64,000 nt of DNA from Bilabrum cf. latius (lineage: Eukaryota). A model generated the notes under the pieces. It did not search any database. It was not told the DNA's origin and was given only the letters and a program-made list of their open reading frames with translations. Of this stretch, positions 26,312 through 40,400 are shown in pieces. The first letter of the stretch is position 1, and each line of letters opens with the position of its first letter. The DNA lies in assembly GCA_965178125.1 (NCBI GenBank), contig OZ237751.1, positions 62,001-126,000 on the forward strand. Reading direction: 5' to 3'. Both the position numbers and the translations under genes were made by a program.

Positions 26312-26432
26312 GATTTACAAAATGCTGATTTGGGGACGAACATTTAAAGTAGCGTGGTAATTCTCATATTAATTGTAATGTGTCAAATCTCATATCATCC
26401 TAGGTGCAATAACCCCTGATCATTGCTTGAAC

Positions 26433-29400
26433 ATGCAACGAATGGTTTCAATTCTGGCTTTCATTGTTTTATCGGTGCACATTGTTGCTGATTCATGCCT
26501 TGATTATGCAACTGATCTGCAGGTGTAGATGCGATCTGGCTCAGGAGTGTTTGTGGACTCTGCAACCCCTACGTTTGCGTTCCGCGTCGGTGGCACAGGT
26601 TTGAAAATGTCTCAAAACTTTCGAATAGTAGTGAATGAACAGCTATAGGGCGCTACAGTTTGGGACTCCGGATGGGTCACATCTAATTCTTCGGTCGTAC
26701 GGTATGGCACTGAGGGCGCGCCACCAACGCCGCTCAAGTCCTATTGGGCGTACACCTGGGGCGTTTAGATGAGTTCAAATGAGTGCACTGTAGTTTATTC
26801 TACGTTTTTTACTGGAATCCTGGCGTTGTCAGACGAAGCTGTGGCACGTGGCTGGGATGACGAGCTCGAATCTCAGTGGATCGGTGCCACGCAGTAGCTG
26901 CCCAAGAATGACTGCGCGTGCTATGAGTAGGACCCGCAGCCGCTGGTTCGCCGTAGAATAAACCATACCGAGGAACTAGGGGTGGAATCAGGCGATGAAA
27001 TAGCCTGGGCGAGCGTGCTGTACGTCGGGCTGGGATTCTCGAGACTGTTCATCAACGGCCAGAGGCCCATCCCAGCCGGGGGTGCCGTGCAGGCCCCGCA
27101 AGAGCTGGGCGGGCCATGGACCACCTATGCGAACCGCACGTACTACGAGGCAGTCGATGTGACGACTAGGCTGAGAGAGCTCGTGAGATACGGGGAGGAT
27201 ATCGTCATCGGGGTTGAGCTGGGCAAAGGGCAGTTCGACCCGCTGCCCATGCTGTTCTTCGGAAAGTTCGACTTCAGGAAGGCCCTCAGCATCGTAGGGC
27301 CTCCTACTTTGCGGCTGGCGCTGGTGGTCCGCCTAACCAACGGCACCCGGGTGGTGGTTTCATCGGAGAGTCGGTCGGGCAGGTGGACCGTGGGCAGGGG
27401 CGCCATCCTGAGGAATAACGTGTACCTGGGGGAACAGAAGGATATGCGGATCGAAGAATCGGACCAAGTGCAGTCCTGGATGGACCCTACCTTCAACCCG
27501 CCCACGCCCTGGCCCTCTGCGGTGAACTCGATCGCCGCCCCTCGATCTGGTGTGCTCCGCCTCGACTACATGCCCCCCCTGGCAGCGAGGCACATGCAGG
27601 ACGGTATCAAGGCGGTCCACGACATTGGAGGGGGCTCTTTTGTCGTAGAACTGCGCGAGGAGATAGCGGGCTGGCTGATGGTGGGCCCCGTGTCGCTACC
27701 CGCGGGCCACGTGCTCAACCTGACGTTCGCCGAGCTCGTCTTCAGCAACGGGTCCGTCAACACCGTCACCACGCTCGCGGGGGCTGTTGGTCGCTGGGAT
27801 GGTAACTTTGGCCAGTGTGCCGTAGTTCCAGCCATCCAGAGAGACACGGTGACGTTCCTGGGATATGAGAACGAGGCATACCAGCCCCAGTTCACCTACC
27901 ACGCCTTCAGATACGTGCAGATCGACAACTGGCCCACAGCTGCCGCTGGTCCCCCCTCTCTGCAGAATTTCTCGCCCGTGCAGCTGCTGGGCTGGACCAA
28001 CGGAGACGAGACTCCGTTCTCCGCGGCAGTTGCAGCGGGCCCCGTAACCTCATCCTCCTCCTCGTCATCCTCGCCAGCCGGTGGCGCCTCTCTGCTCTCC
28101 CGCATCGACGCGATGGCCCGCCGGTCCTTCCAGGCCAACTTCGTGCAGGGCATTCAGAGCGACTGCCCCGCGAGGGAGCGTCTTGGCTACGGCGGGGACG
28201 TGCTGGCCAGCGCAGGGGCGGGGCTCAGCATGTTCGATGCTGCGGCCTTCTACCGCAAGCGGGCGCAGGACTACGCGCAGTCGCAGATGCCCAACGGGGG
28301 CCTCCCTGAGACGGCGCCTTGGATTGGGATCAGTTCCTGTTCCCTGGGCGGGAACGCTGGCCCAGTGGAGTGGGGCGCGGCACTGGTGTGGCTGCAGGAC
28401 CTGCTGTGGCGGGCGGCCGGTGACATGGAGGTGCAGGAAGAGTACGTTGAGTAGGTCCACCGGTGGATTGGCCTGCTCGAGCGCACCGTGGACGCGCAGA
28501 CGGGCCTGCTTCACAGTTCGCTGGACTACTTCATCAGCGATGCGTCGGGGATGTGTTCCGGCAAGGGCACTGGTGCAGCCGTCGAGGGGACTGCCTTCCT
28601 GTACCAGCAGGCGCTGCTGGCCAGCAGGTCTGCCCGCCGGGTGGGCAACGATTCCTTGGTGCAGAAGTACGAGGCTATTGCCAGAAATGCAAAGGCAGCC
28701 TACCGACGGGCGTTCTGGGACAATAGCACGGGGCGCGCGGGGCAGGCCATCACGGGCGGCCGCGGCAACGTGAACGAGCAGCTCATCGCGATGGGCTTCG
28801 GACTGGCGGGCAACGGCAGCGAGCCGCTCCAGCCCGAGGCGCCCACCACGGCCGCCCTCTCCTTCCTCCGGGAACAATATGTCGCGGCGAATTTCTCCTT
28901 CAAGCCCGCGACGTTCGCCACGTGGCAGCTGATGCTGCAGGCGCCACTGTGGTCGAGCGGTGCGGGGGAAGCGTTGTACGGCTGGGTGTCTGACGACAGG
29001 TACCCGTCGTACGGCTACATGCTGGCGCACAACGCCTCCTCGATGTGGGAGCACTGGAACGCGCTGCAGGCGGAGATCTCTTAGAACCACGCGTGGCTGA
29101 ACTCGGTGGTTGAGTTCCTCAGAGGGCACGTGGCCGGACTGAGGCTGCATCCACAGTCGGTGGGCAGCGACTGGCTCGTCGTGGCCCCGCAGCCGTTCGG
29201 GTGGAGGCGACTCTCTGCCGAAGAGTCGTGGGGATTCGCCCCTGGGCATGACCCTCCCCCTGTGACGAGTGCGAACACCACTCGTAGGATCCAGGGTATG
29301 CAGGCCGGGGTCAGCTGGGCCATCTTGGACGCTGGGGGCGAGGCACTAGGGGAGGGACTGGGCAGCGATGAGGCACGTGCCGCCGGGCGCACGGTGCAGC

Positions 29401-29621
29401 TGAATGTGTCGGCACAGGGCAACACCCGGCTGACGGTGCGGGTGCCGCTGTGCAGGGCGGATGCTGGCGATGCGGACCAGGTCGCGGCTTCTTGCTTGCC
29501 GGGAGTCAAGGGGCGATACGAGCAGCTTCCCACTCCGGCGGCGGTATTCGATGTTCAGGGATTCCACGAGTGCAAGCTCTCAGGTCCCTGGATTTGCGAG
29601 CCGGCAACAACCACGTCGTAA
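26433..29621 (+). CDS. Secreted alpha-L-rhamnosidase (GH78), 1062 aa, 7 in-frame TAG
   Basis: Signal peptide MQRMVSILAFIVLSVHIVA; motifs VWDSG, PQFTYHAFRYVQI, SDCPARERLGYGGD, YPSYGYM, SMWEHW, S*NHAW; ends TAA 29619-29621. Confidence 0.92.
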
Positions 29622-29728
29622 AGATCCGAACTGCGCGGCGACGGCGATTGCGGAACTGAAGCATACCTTTTCCTCTCGAAAGTATTACATTATTTCCGAA
29701 CACAAGAATTGCCTGAGAGAGTGTTTTG

Positions 29729-32290
29729 ATGCTGACAGGAAACGGAGTGCTGCTGCTCAGTAGCATTGCTGCATGCGGGGCTCTGCCAAGCACCACGATC
29801 AAAGTTGCACTGGATGCCATTGGTATCACGCGGCTCGTCACCATAGAGTCCTCGCCTCTTTTGCACCCGAAAGCTATCGAGCAGGGCACTGCACTACAGT
29901 TTAACGTATCAACTAGCAGCGCGTTGACCAGCGCGGCGCATGATAGGCTGACTCGGCCAGATGGCACGGATGCAGCGCTCTGTCTGATTGACGGGCACGA
30001 GGTCGAAGCTCGCCCAACTTGCACCTCAAGCAGCACCAGTTAGGACGGGACACGGCTTGTATGCTCTTGCCCTATCCCTGTTCAAGCGCTCACGCCGGGG
30101 CACCACGTCCTGGCATCCTACACCCAGATTGATGCAGTCGTTGCATCATCGCCGGCTCTTCAGGTTCGTGTGTCTGCAGAAGGCTGGAGCAGGGGTCCTT
30201 CTGTGACAACTCGGCCACAAGGTCTGAGGCAGAACGGTTTCAAAGCTGGTGTGTACTACACGACGTACCTGAATCCGATCGCTCAGGCGCTTCAGAACAT
30301 CTCTGCAGCCGCCAAGAAGAGGGGCACCCAGACCGCCCTGAGCATCGAGGACATCTTGCGGTCGGACAAATACACCATCGGTGGTTTCAAAGAGGAGTGG
30401 TTTCAGGCGAAGGACTCCCCCGTGTACGGTCCCCTGCATGGGGCGAGCAACCACACCATGTACCAGCACGAGCCGCAGCTGGGCTACTACTGCCTCTACC
30501 GCCGCCGCGCCTGGAAGAACGAACGGGGGTGGATGCCAGACTGCCCGGATATCCCCAAGGTGCTCGCCCAGCACTCCCGGTGGATGCGGGCTGCTGGCCT
30601 CGAGTACGCTGTGCAGGACGGGACCAACTGGGGCGCCTGGCCCTCGAGCGCCAGCGACGTGTACCAGCTCCGGTCAGCCGAGGTGGTGGCGGAGGAGTGG
30701 GCCGCGCTGAGGCAGCAGGGTGAGATCTCGCCGGACTGGGGCATCTGGAACGCCTTGAACGGCAACTGGTCCCTGTGGCAGCAGTATCTGAACAACATCT
30801 ACAACAACGAGACGTTCGAGGCAGTCAAGCTCGTGCACAGGGACAGGCGAGGGAACAAGGTGTTCTGGGTGGTGAACGCCGACCGTAGGCCCAAGCCCAT
30901 CTCGATCTTTGGCAGCCACGGCTCCATCAAGGATGCGAGTGCCGGCAGCGACGAGCCCAATGGCGTGCAGGACGACAAGAACCTGCTCATGAACGCGACG
31001 AGCGTGTTCGCGCTAGCAAGCAACGGGGGTAGAAAGGACGTCACCGTGCAATTTGCGTGGCAGGACACGCCCCTGCCTCCATTCTGGCAGAACAGAACCG
31101 GCGCGGGGACTCGCTCGTGGGCATACCTCGGCCAGTGCCAGGACTAGGACGTGCTGCCTGGGGTGCCCTGCCAGAACCCGGTGATCAACGACACCGCGCT
31201 CGGGTCTGTGCTCGTCGTGAACTCGAACAACGCGCTGGATTCACTGCCCTTTGGTGCCTCGGGTAAGCGACACGGCCTAGTCATGAAGAAACAGTTCGCC
31301 ACGGCGTTCCGTACACCGGTGGACTACATCTTTCTGCCCTCCTGGAACGAGTACCCCGTCGCTGGCCAGAGCAAGCCGTGGAACATCCAATCGCCCTACC
31401 TGGCGGCCCTGGGCCTCAAGCTAGACGACACCGCTCGCGCCGCCATCTATGTGGACGGTTGGGGCGAGGCCAAGAGCCGGACGATCGAGCCCTCGGTGGA
31501 CGACGACGGGCTCTACCTGGATGTGCTGGCTTCGTGCCTTAGAGTGGCCAGACTGGCCGAGGCAGGGGAACACTGGAGGCGGGCCATCGTCGGCGACGGT
31601 GTGGCGAGTGACAAGTGCAGCGTGGCAGGCGAGGTCTGCTGCCAGCGGTCCGACCCTGAGTACCTGTCGCTGGTGTGGTCCATGCAGCTGCACCCGCCGT
31701 CCACCGGCGAGCCCAGCCGCCGCGTGCAGGCCGCCGCGCTGACCGGGCGCCCCCAGGAGGTGCAGGCGCTGGAGCGGCTGCCCGGCTGGGAGCAGGTATG
31801 CTCTCCGTACGGCAGCTACGGTGGAGTGTGCACGAACAATAGCGTGCTGTGGAACGAGCCCTACTTCCAGGGTGTCCGGGGCCCGTTCATGCTGCTGAGC
31901 AACATGACCGAGCCAGAGAACATTCCCTTCGAGACCGTGGGGATCGTGAGGTGCTCTGCCCCCGCCTCGTCTTCATCGTAGTCATTGCCGTCTTCAATTT
32001 TTAGCGACACCGCGTTCAGCTTCGGGATCGAAGGAGCCGAGGGCCCCATGGGCTGCGGGGCCGGGTACAGCGAGACCGACTACCTGCTCGGGTATGCCGC
32101 CTTGGACAGGGGCGCGGGGTCCAAGATGCCAAGAGAAATGAGGAAGTGCCAGGCGGCCAGTGGGCGGGGGTAGGTTGACGAGTCGAGGCTCGGGGATAGG
32201 GGTGTGCCGCTGCCTGCGTACTATCACACGCTGGATGCCGCATGCCAGGGTGGGGACCAGAAGATTGGCACGCTTGGGTTCGTGTTCTGA
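29729..32290 (+). CDS. Secreted putative glycoside hydrolase, GH99/GH71-like (853 aa, 4 in-frame TAG)
   Basis: Hydrophobic N-terminus; GVYYTTY, EPQLGYY, QHSRWMRAAGLEY, LPSWNEY, TIEPS; TAG at 30041, 31145, 31979 and 32171; TGA 32288-32290. Family call is tentative. Confidence 0.6.
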
Positions 32291-32532
32291 TACAGGACTC
32301 TGCGACAACAATTTTAGCCGAGTATATACGCGGCGCAGCGAGACGTCAATGCATAATCAAACGGGCCCTCAATCCCGTTCGGAGCAAAAACAAATCCAAA
32401 CGGAAAGAGATGATTCCCCCTTTGCTGCCGCATTCCTACAGCGATGTAGGTTCGTGTTTTGCTGCGTGATACCCACGATCTTGTTCTTGCGGTAAGGCGT
32501 TGCATGTATCGTATGGTAAATCGTGCAAAAAT

Positions 32533-34338
32533 ATGCTGCGCCTGGATATACGAATCACTCATTTTACTCTCGAGCGATCTCCGCAGAGCGATCACGAACG
32601 CATTCACGTAGCTGCATTGAAGGTTGGCTCTGCATTGGATTCTGCTGGAGTTCGTCCAGGGATGCAGCTTCTTGCTATCGGCCCCCAACGAGTCGTCGGG
32701 AAGCTGTCCGCTTTGGAAGCCCAGGCCGTGCTGGGTCATTTAAGGACAATGAAGCCCAGTTCAAGCATCACTATTGAGTTTGCTCAGTCTAGCTCAGATA
32801 GCTACGTCGCTGCTCACAACGAACTGGGCAGAGCGAAGCCAATAAAGTCTGCGGTATAGCGATCCCTTCCGCAGGGCTCACCGCCGCCCTCGGGCCGCCA
32901 GGCACGAACGCAGTCGCCCCCGAAGTATGTGTAGCCCCACCATAGATCCAAATTCGGCCCACCTATCGGGGCACGTGGTCCATTTCACCGGCCAGCTGCC
33001 ACGCTTGCGCATCCCGCTGGCCCGGGATAGGGCCACCGCGCCGGCTCGGCGATGCCTCCCTCGGCCTCCAGCGTGCCGGCGATGGGCGGGAGAGACAGGG
33101 AGCGGCGAGAGATGCAGGGGGGTGCACCTGCGTCAGCACACGGATACCACTGGAACCAGGACAGTGCATCCCATGGCCATGCCAGTGGGGGGGGGTGGAG
33201 GAGGAGCCGAGCCAGCTCTTGGGCTCGGGACAATCTCCTCGATGCACGTCCTGACAGGGCTGGACCATCATCTAGCTTTAGAGGAACCCTGTCACCGGGT
33301 GGGGCAAGTACTATGCTTGCGTCTGGGCGTGCCCTCGCACCCGCAATCACTCCAGCAGACAGTGGCCAAGGCGGCTCTACTGCTGGCGCCGTTGCTGTGC
33401 CAGCGCACTCCGGTGGCAGTGGCCGCCACAACGGGTACCCCCATCATGGGGAGTACAGCCAACCCCTCCCCTCGAGTACGGCTGGGCTGCAGGGTCCCAT
33501 CATGTCAACGCCGGCACAGCCCCCGCAACTGCCTGCAGCGGTCCGCTCAGCCAACCATGCAAGTCATGCAAGCCATTCATCGCGCTCGCAGACTGCTGCG
33601 CTTGCTGGCAGCAGCACAGACGCCATGCATCGAGTCCCCCAGAGCACGGCCTCAGCGGCTCGTGCACCACACGGGTCCAACGCCGATGTCCCTCGCTCAC
33701 ACCGCGGAGGGGCAGGGCGCGACACTAGCACGCAGGCAAGTCGATTTGGCGGTGCATCGGGCGGCTGGGTGGAGCGCCCTACGCAATCGCAATCGCAATG
33801 GCACGCCACTGGAAGCATGGACTCGCGCCCCAGCTCCGGCACGCAGAGGGCCTTGATTGTGGGCAGTCTGACCGGCAGCGGGTGGGCCCGGCGGCACAGG
33901 GGACCCCTCGCTGGGGAGCTCTCGTTTGTCCACGGTAGGCAGGGGGGTGTTTCTCTGCCGGCCCCCTAGCCCTCTCTGGCTCTCGCTGCCCCCAGGTCGG
34001 GGATTGAGGCCTCCTCTCCTCCCCGCGCTGAGGGTCCTTCCCCACACAGGGGGGCCTCGGAGCTGGAGAGCGAGCATGGGTGGGGCCGGGACCCAGGCAG
34101 GAAAGGAAACACCCCACGCCGAAGGCTGGCCTTCTCCGACCTGCAGCCCAGGCGGGCGTCAGCGCATTGGAATTCGCCGGGGGGGCAGAGGCCGTCTGGC
34201 GTGGCCAGCAGCGTCGGGGTCGCCCCAAGCAGAGGAGAATTAGCTGGAAGTGCCGCGCGTGGGGGCTCTGCAGCGCACGTTCGTCGGCAATCAGGCCCAG
34301 ACGAGCGGCATTGGAGGATCCGGGAGCTGTTCGGTTGA
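32533..34338 (+). CDS. PDZ-domain protein with long disordered tail (4 in-frame TAG); start uncertain
   Basis: IHVAALKVGSALDSAGVRPGMQLLAIGPQRV...ITIEF is PDZ-like. The frame continues through TAG 32857, 32932, 33028 and 33967 to TGA 34336-34338. Confidence 0.65.
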
Positions 34339-34482
34339 TCCCCTGATCGAACGACCTTGCACGCGGTACGAGTACTTTTGGTCTTGCGTTTTTGAGTGGT
34401 GTGCAAGCGTAGCAACATAATGTGGTTATTCGTGTTTCAATTCAGTTCTAGCCAACATGCTTCCAGGCATCTCTCGCTAGAT

Positions 34483-37400
34483 TCACCGGTGCCTGTGGCC
34501 CGTCCCTCCTGAGTCGTCCGTTGCCTCGCTCAGGCTCGGAGCTCGAGGGGCCTGCGGGGCCCGCATCAGCGTCTCCTGCGCCCTCCTCAGCGCCTCCGCC
34601 ATTCGAGGGGAGGGCAGGGGCGCCGATTGGCCCGCTTGCACCTCGTCCACCCGCGTGTCGCGCGCAGCTCGTGGCCCTGCCTCGGCCCTGGACCACGCGT
34701 CGTCGTCCCTGGGCGCCTGCAGTCCGCCGAAGGCTGCTTCCAGCTGGGCGCGGCGTGCTGCAGTGCGATGCTCCCACTCGCTGCTACTAGCCCCGGTTGC
34801 AGGCTTGAACCCACCCTCCTCCACGCGTCCACCAGACCCGTGCCCAGCCATGCGATCCGCCTTCCAATCGTCCACCGCGGGCTCGTAGGCACCTGGGAGC
34901 CGAGAGGCAGCGTCCGCCGTGGCCTCGTGCACGATCCCTCTGGCCCTGCGCTCGGCTTGTTCCCTGGCCTCCCCCCTGCCGCCGCGATGGCCAGCCCCAG
35001 CCCCAGCCACGGAACCACCACCCATGCCGCTCCTGTCGATCTCGGCAGGCAGCCGCGGCGGAGACACGGCCGGCGAGAACGAGGCGCCGTCGATGACGAG
35101 GCCCTGCCCGCCCGACGGCTTGCGGCCCCGCGCGCTCCCCGGGCCCCCCGGTTCCGCCTCTCGTCCCAGGCCCAGCCCCACGGCAGATGCCTCCGTCTCC
35201 TCTGCCTCCCGCACGGCTGCTGCGACCTCATCCCAGCTGATAGGAAACGCAGACTGCCGGTGGGGTGCACTGCGCTGCGGTGACCCGGGATCCAGGCCTA
35301 CCCTCCCCGCCGGGTCGGGCGAGAAGGTGAAGTGCTGCGGTGAGGAAGCAGAAGCAGGGCCCCTGTCCCTGCGCCCGCGCCCACCTGGTGACGACCCATG
35401 CACCGCGTCCGGGTCCGGGTCAGGACTGAAGTGCGCACCGGGCATCTAAGGCGACTGCTACCTGAGAGACTGCTGCTGGTAACGGTGCTGCTGCTAGCCG
35501 TCGCCCCCCACGGAGGGGTACAGGTCGGCCCCCTGTCCCCTAGGCTCCCCGCCGTACCCGTACCCTCCCTCGTCTCCATACTGGTGCTGGCCACCGTCCT
35601 GGTCTCGCCCTCCGGTTGCCGGCTCAAAGTCGCCCATGCGTCCCCTGCCATCCTCACCCACTCCGCCTGAGCCTCTCCCGCGGTACGCCCGATCGTCCAT
35701 GGGCATGGGTCGCGCAGACCCTGGGGCAAACCCCCCCGCATCACCATGCCGTGCACCAGGACTGCGCCTCGCGTCCTCAGGAAAATCGTGCAGCCCCTGC
35801 CGCCGCTCCTCAACGGCACCCACCCCCATTCCCATTCCCATTCCCATACCACCCTGGCCGCCAGGCAAGACGCCGCCCGCCCGCCAGTCCTCGGCATACT
35901 CCGCCCGCCACTCCATCGCTCCCGTGCGGGGATCGTATCGGGGCTCCCCTCCGTCATAATCATCCTCAGGACCGGCTGCGGGGGCCTGGGACCGCAGCCC
36001 CTGCGCCCAGTCGCGCTTGCCCTCTTCTGCGCCCCTGTCCCTGCCGCGACTGGCCCGCCTGCTGCCGCCGCCGCCTCTGCCCCCGCTCGCAGCCCGCGCG
36101 CCCTTGCTGGCCCCGTCACCGTTCACCACAAAGTCGTCGGACCGGAGATCAGCGCGGCCCCGGCGCCGCCGCTGAGCCGCCTTGGCAGCTGCCGCCCCGG
36201 TATCGCCCCCCGCTGGCCCGCCCCTGCGCCTGGCCCTCGGCGGCCGCTCCAGCTCCGGGGCGGCATCTCCATCCCACTGAGCCCCCGGCTCCAGCACGCG
36301 CACGGACCCGCCCGGGGTCACCACCGCCTGCACCTTGCGCTGCACCTCCACGCGCCCCCGGCCGCGAGCGGGCGTCTCCGCACCGCGCCCGCCCTGCCCC
36401 GCTCCCGCGGCCCCGTCCAGCCGAGTCGATGTCTTGGGCTTGACGTGGGACCAGTCCACCTTCTGGGGCTTCACCCTCGCGGACTTGCGCTTCAGGAACT
36501 TGCCGCCCTTCGAGCCCTGCCCTGCCCCCGATCCACCGGTAGACTAGCCATACCCGCTGCTCCGCACGCCATGGGCCCCTTTGCCCTCGCCCTCGCCGTC
36601 ATCTGCCCCTTCGCTCTGACCCGCTGCTCCCTCCTTGGCCCGCCGCAAGGCACTCTCCTCGCTCTCGCCGTCGGGGGGCAGCAGCCGCACCCGTACCCGC
36701 ACCTCCCCGCGCCCGGGCACCCACTCGTCCGTGCCCTCCCGCGGCTTCCACAGGGGCAGCCACACGGCTGGGGCACTGGGCTCTGCCAGCGCGAACAGGT
36801 CGGCCGGGTCAAGCCCCGCCAGTGTTCCCTCCCTCACGTCCTCCCGCTCCAGCAGTGGCGCGAGTGGATCCCGGGGCGGGGGAGGCGGAGGCCCCCTCTC
36901 CTTCTGCCACTCCTCGGGGTCCACGCGAGCCGCAGCCGCACCGCGCAGCCGCCCCGCCGCCCCCGGGCCCGCTTCATTGGCCTCTTTCGCCCGAGCCGCC
37001 TCCTGCTCCTGCTCGTCCTGCTCCAGGGGCCTCCAGCGCTAGGGACACAGCACGGGCACGGGCAGCCTCACGCCCCCGAGCAGCGGCTCCTTGGCGTACC
37101 TGTCCTCATCCCGAAGGTGCACCCGCAGCTCCATCCCTTCAAAGGCTGGCCAAGCGCCCACTGGCAGCGGAGGCCACTGGACGTCGCCCTGTTCCTGTCT
37201 CTGGTCTGGTTGGCCTTGCTCCTCGAGTCCTTCCGTGGACGGTGCCTCGGCCGCACTCGAAGCCGCCCGACCCTCGCCTCCGCCCTCCTGCGCCGCCACC
37301 GCCACCGACACCGACACCCTCTCGCCCCTGGCCTTGCATCGGGCCGCCGCCTCCTTCCAGCCGAGGTGCACTGCTCGAAGGGGCAGCGCGAACACGAACC

Positions 37401-40400
37401 GCTTGCTCCAGCTGACCCCCGCATCGCCCGCCCCGTCATCTTCGTCACCGCCCCCAGCGCCACCAGCGGCGGCTGGCAGCTCCTCCTCCGGTGCCGGGCC
37501 AGTGGCCTTGGGCCGCCCGAGCCCGCGCCACTTGAGCGGAGCCTCTGGGTCTGGTACCTGGGTTCCCTTGCCGCCCTAACCCTCTCCCTCTCCCTCTCCC
37601 CCACCTCCTGGACTCCTGGCCTTGCCCAACTTCGCGTTCACGGCGGGACACACGAACAGCTGCGCCTCGGCCGAGACCTCCCTCAGGTCCGCCTCTGCCG
37701 CGGCCCGCTGCCTCTCGTCCTCGGAGGCAGCCATGCCGGGGCCCCGACCAGCGCGCACCCCCGGCAGCAGAGCCTTGCCGGGCAGCCTCCTGGCTCTGTC
37801 CACCTCCAGCAGGAGCCTCCAGGCGGGGGAGGGGCGGCCCGGCTGCGCGCCGAATCCCTTGTGCGACCAGCGGTGCGGGCCCGGGGGGAACACACGCGGC
37901 AGCTTTGGAGCCGCCACGGTGATGTCCTCCTGCGCCGCTGCACCCGCGCGCCTCTTGCGCCCCTTCTTTTTCCATGGAGGTGTGGGTGGGCCGCTCTTGC
38001 CCTTGGCCTGATCCCCATCGATTCCTTCGTCGCCCTCACCCCCTCCTTTCTCCTTGTCCTTGTCTGCGTTTGAACCGCCAACCATCTGCCGCGCGCGCTT
38101 GCCGTAAGCCTTCCGCCGCTCCGCAAGCTCCTTGGCCTTGCGGCGGGCAGCTGCTGCCTTGGCCCCCTTGGCACCCTTGCCCGACTGAGACCCCCCACCA
38201 CCTCCTCCGCCCCCGCTCTCTGCCGCAGCCTGCCTCGCCCGCTGCGTAGCCTGGCTCGCATTCTTGCCGCCAACCTTCCACTCCACCCACGCGCGCCCTA
38301 TCCCTTCCAACGACAGCTCCGTCCGAACCGCAGCTTCCAGACCCCGCCGCCTGCGCTCCGCAGGTGGCAGCGAGCCGCGCCCCTTGCCCCTGTCCGTAGC
38401 ACCATCACCCTCCTCTCCCTCGGGGTCTTCTGGCTCGGGGATGGGCGCCCCATCGTCCTCCAGGGCGGCCTTGCTGGAGCCCAGAGCAACCAGCAGGTCA
38501 CCCACCGCGCCCACAAGCTGCTTCTGCAGTCCCTTGAGCAGCAGCACGTCTAGCTTGTCCATCGAGCCAGCGGCCCGATCCAGAAGATCCTGCAACGAGC
38601 ACGGCGCGCCGCCTGCCGATGCTGCCGCCCCAGACCCACCACCCGCGGCTCGCAGCAGCGGCAGCAGCGCATCACCGTTCTCCTCTTGCGCACTGCTGCC
38701 ATCCTCGGGCTCACCGCCGGCAATCTCCGGGGCAGATCGCCGGACCGAAGCTGCGATCTCCCTTCGGCTGTCTCGCCACGCAGCGATGGCCGTCTGTGCG
38801 CGAGGGGACCGCTGGAAGAGCTGCCTCTGCTGGTGGCTCCTCCACGCGGACAGCAGCAGCGATTTCTATCGCTCAGAGAGAGGCAGCTTCACTGCTGGCT
38901 GGGCTGCGGCGGGGGAGGATGGCACCGTCCCTGCGCGACTTGTCGCACCGGTCTGCTGCTGCTGCTGCTGCTGCAGGTCGGCTGCAAGTCCGGTTCCAGC
39001 CCTACCTGGCGAAGGCTAGGCCCCGGCTCCTGCCCCCGACTGTGCCGGTCCTGCTGGCTGGGACTCGACTGCTGGTGGCTGTCCATGATCCTGTGCCTGA
39101 CCCTGTGCCTGCGCGCTCCTCCTCTCCTTCTGCTCCTTGATGTACTGCATGTACGCGATCACATCGGTGGGTGGGGGGGGCTCTGACTCCGAGGAACCTG
39201 CCCCTCGTGCCTGGGCCTCGGCCTGGGCCTGGAACTGGCCTTGGCTATGCTGAGGCTGGGAGGCCGTTTGCTGCTGCTGATGAGGTTGTCCCATGCCTCC
39301 CAGTGGCTAGCCGCTCTGCTGGTACTACTGGGGCTGGTGCATGCCTCCTGACACTCCCATCTGCCCACCAAACGCGTGCTGCTGCTGCACGCCCTGAGAC
39401 ACACCGGGCCCGCGATGATAGGGAGCACCAGCCCCCGGATGTCCCTGAGGGTGCTGCCGGTGCATTGGAGGGAACTCACCAACGCCTGGGGCCACCTGGG
39501 CCACCTGCCCGCCGTAAGGACCCTGCCCGCCAGAGGCAGCGTACGATGGGCGGTAGTACGTGTTGTACCCCACTGCATACCCGCCCTGCGAGCCCACACC
39601 TGCCCCAGCCCCAGAGCCTGCGTGCACAAGCACCATCCGTTCTCCTTGCGGACCCCGCCCGTGCCCCGGCGGGACTGCCATGGGTGGCGCAGCCCCGCTG
39701 TCCCGGGCCGATCGTGACCGGTGCCTCCGCCTAGAGGACCGCCTGCCCCTACCCCTGCCCCTGCTCCTGCCCCTGCCTTCGCTGCCATCGCTCTCGCTCC
39801 CATAGCTGCCAGATCCTTGCCTGTCTTCATCTTCATCTTCTGAGTGGCTGCGCCTGCGCCTCCGTGAGGATCGCTTCCGCCCGCGGCTCCTTCTCTCCTT
39901 CTGCTTCTCCCTCGCCCGCATCGATTTGATCTCCATCTCCCTCGCTGCGGTGGCTGCCTCCTCCCGCGCCAGCTCCTCCCGCCGCTGGGCCAGCGCCCGG
40001 GCCCTGGCCTCAAGCGCCGCCTCCTCCTCCTTGGCCTCCTGCTCAGCGGCAAGTCGCGCCTCTCGCTGCCGATCCGCAGCCCGTCTCGCGTCCTCCCTCT
40101 CTTTCTCGCGGCGATCCGCCTCCAGCCGTTTCTCTCTCAGGGCCTGGGCGTTCAGGTGGCCCACCCGCGCCATGGCATCCCCGCTGCCCCCCGCACCACC
40201 ATGCCCGGAGCTGCCCTTGTACCTAGGCGGCCGGCGCGCTCTGCCAGCTGTTCCTGCGCTCGCTGCACCTGCTCCCGAGCCCACCCCTGCTCCCGCGTAC
40301 GCGCCCACCAGCCTGTCTGCCAGGTTGGACCCCAGCTCGCCCCGAGGGACCAGCCGAGGGGGCTGTTGCGAGCGGGGAAGCTGGCGCCTGTGGAGGTCCC

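Noticed and set aside
35746-38073. 775-aa + strand ORF and similar long ORFs (40744-41751, 41687-42973, 45160-46482, 51889-53265, 55483-56721, 28065-29249)
   Set aside because: Antisense or shadow ORFs of GC-rich real genes and repeats, with no recognisable domains.
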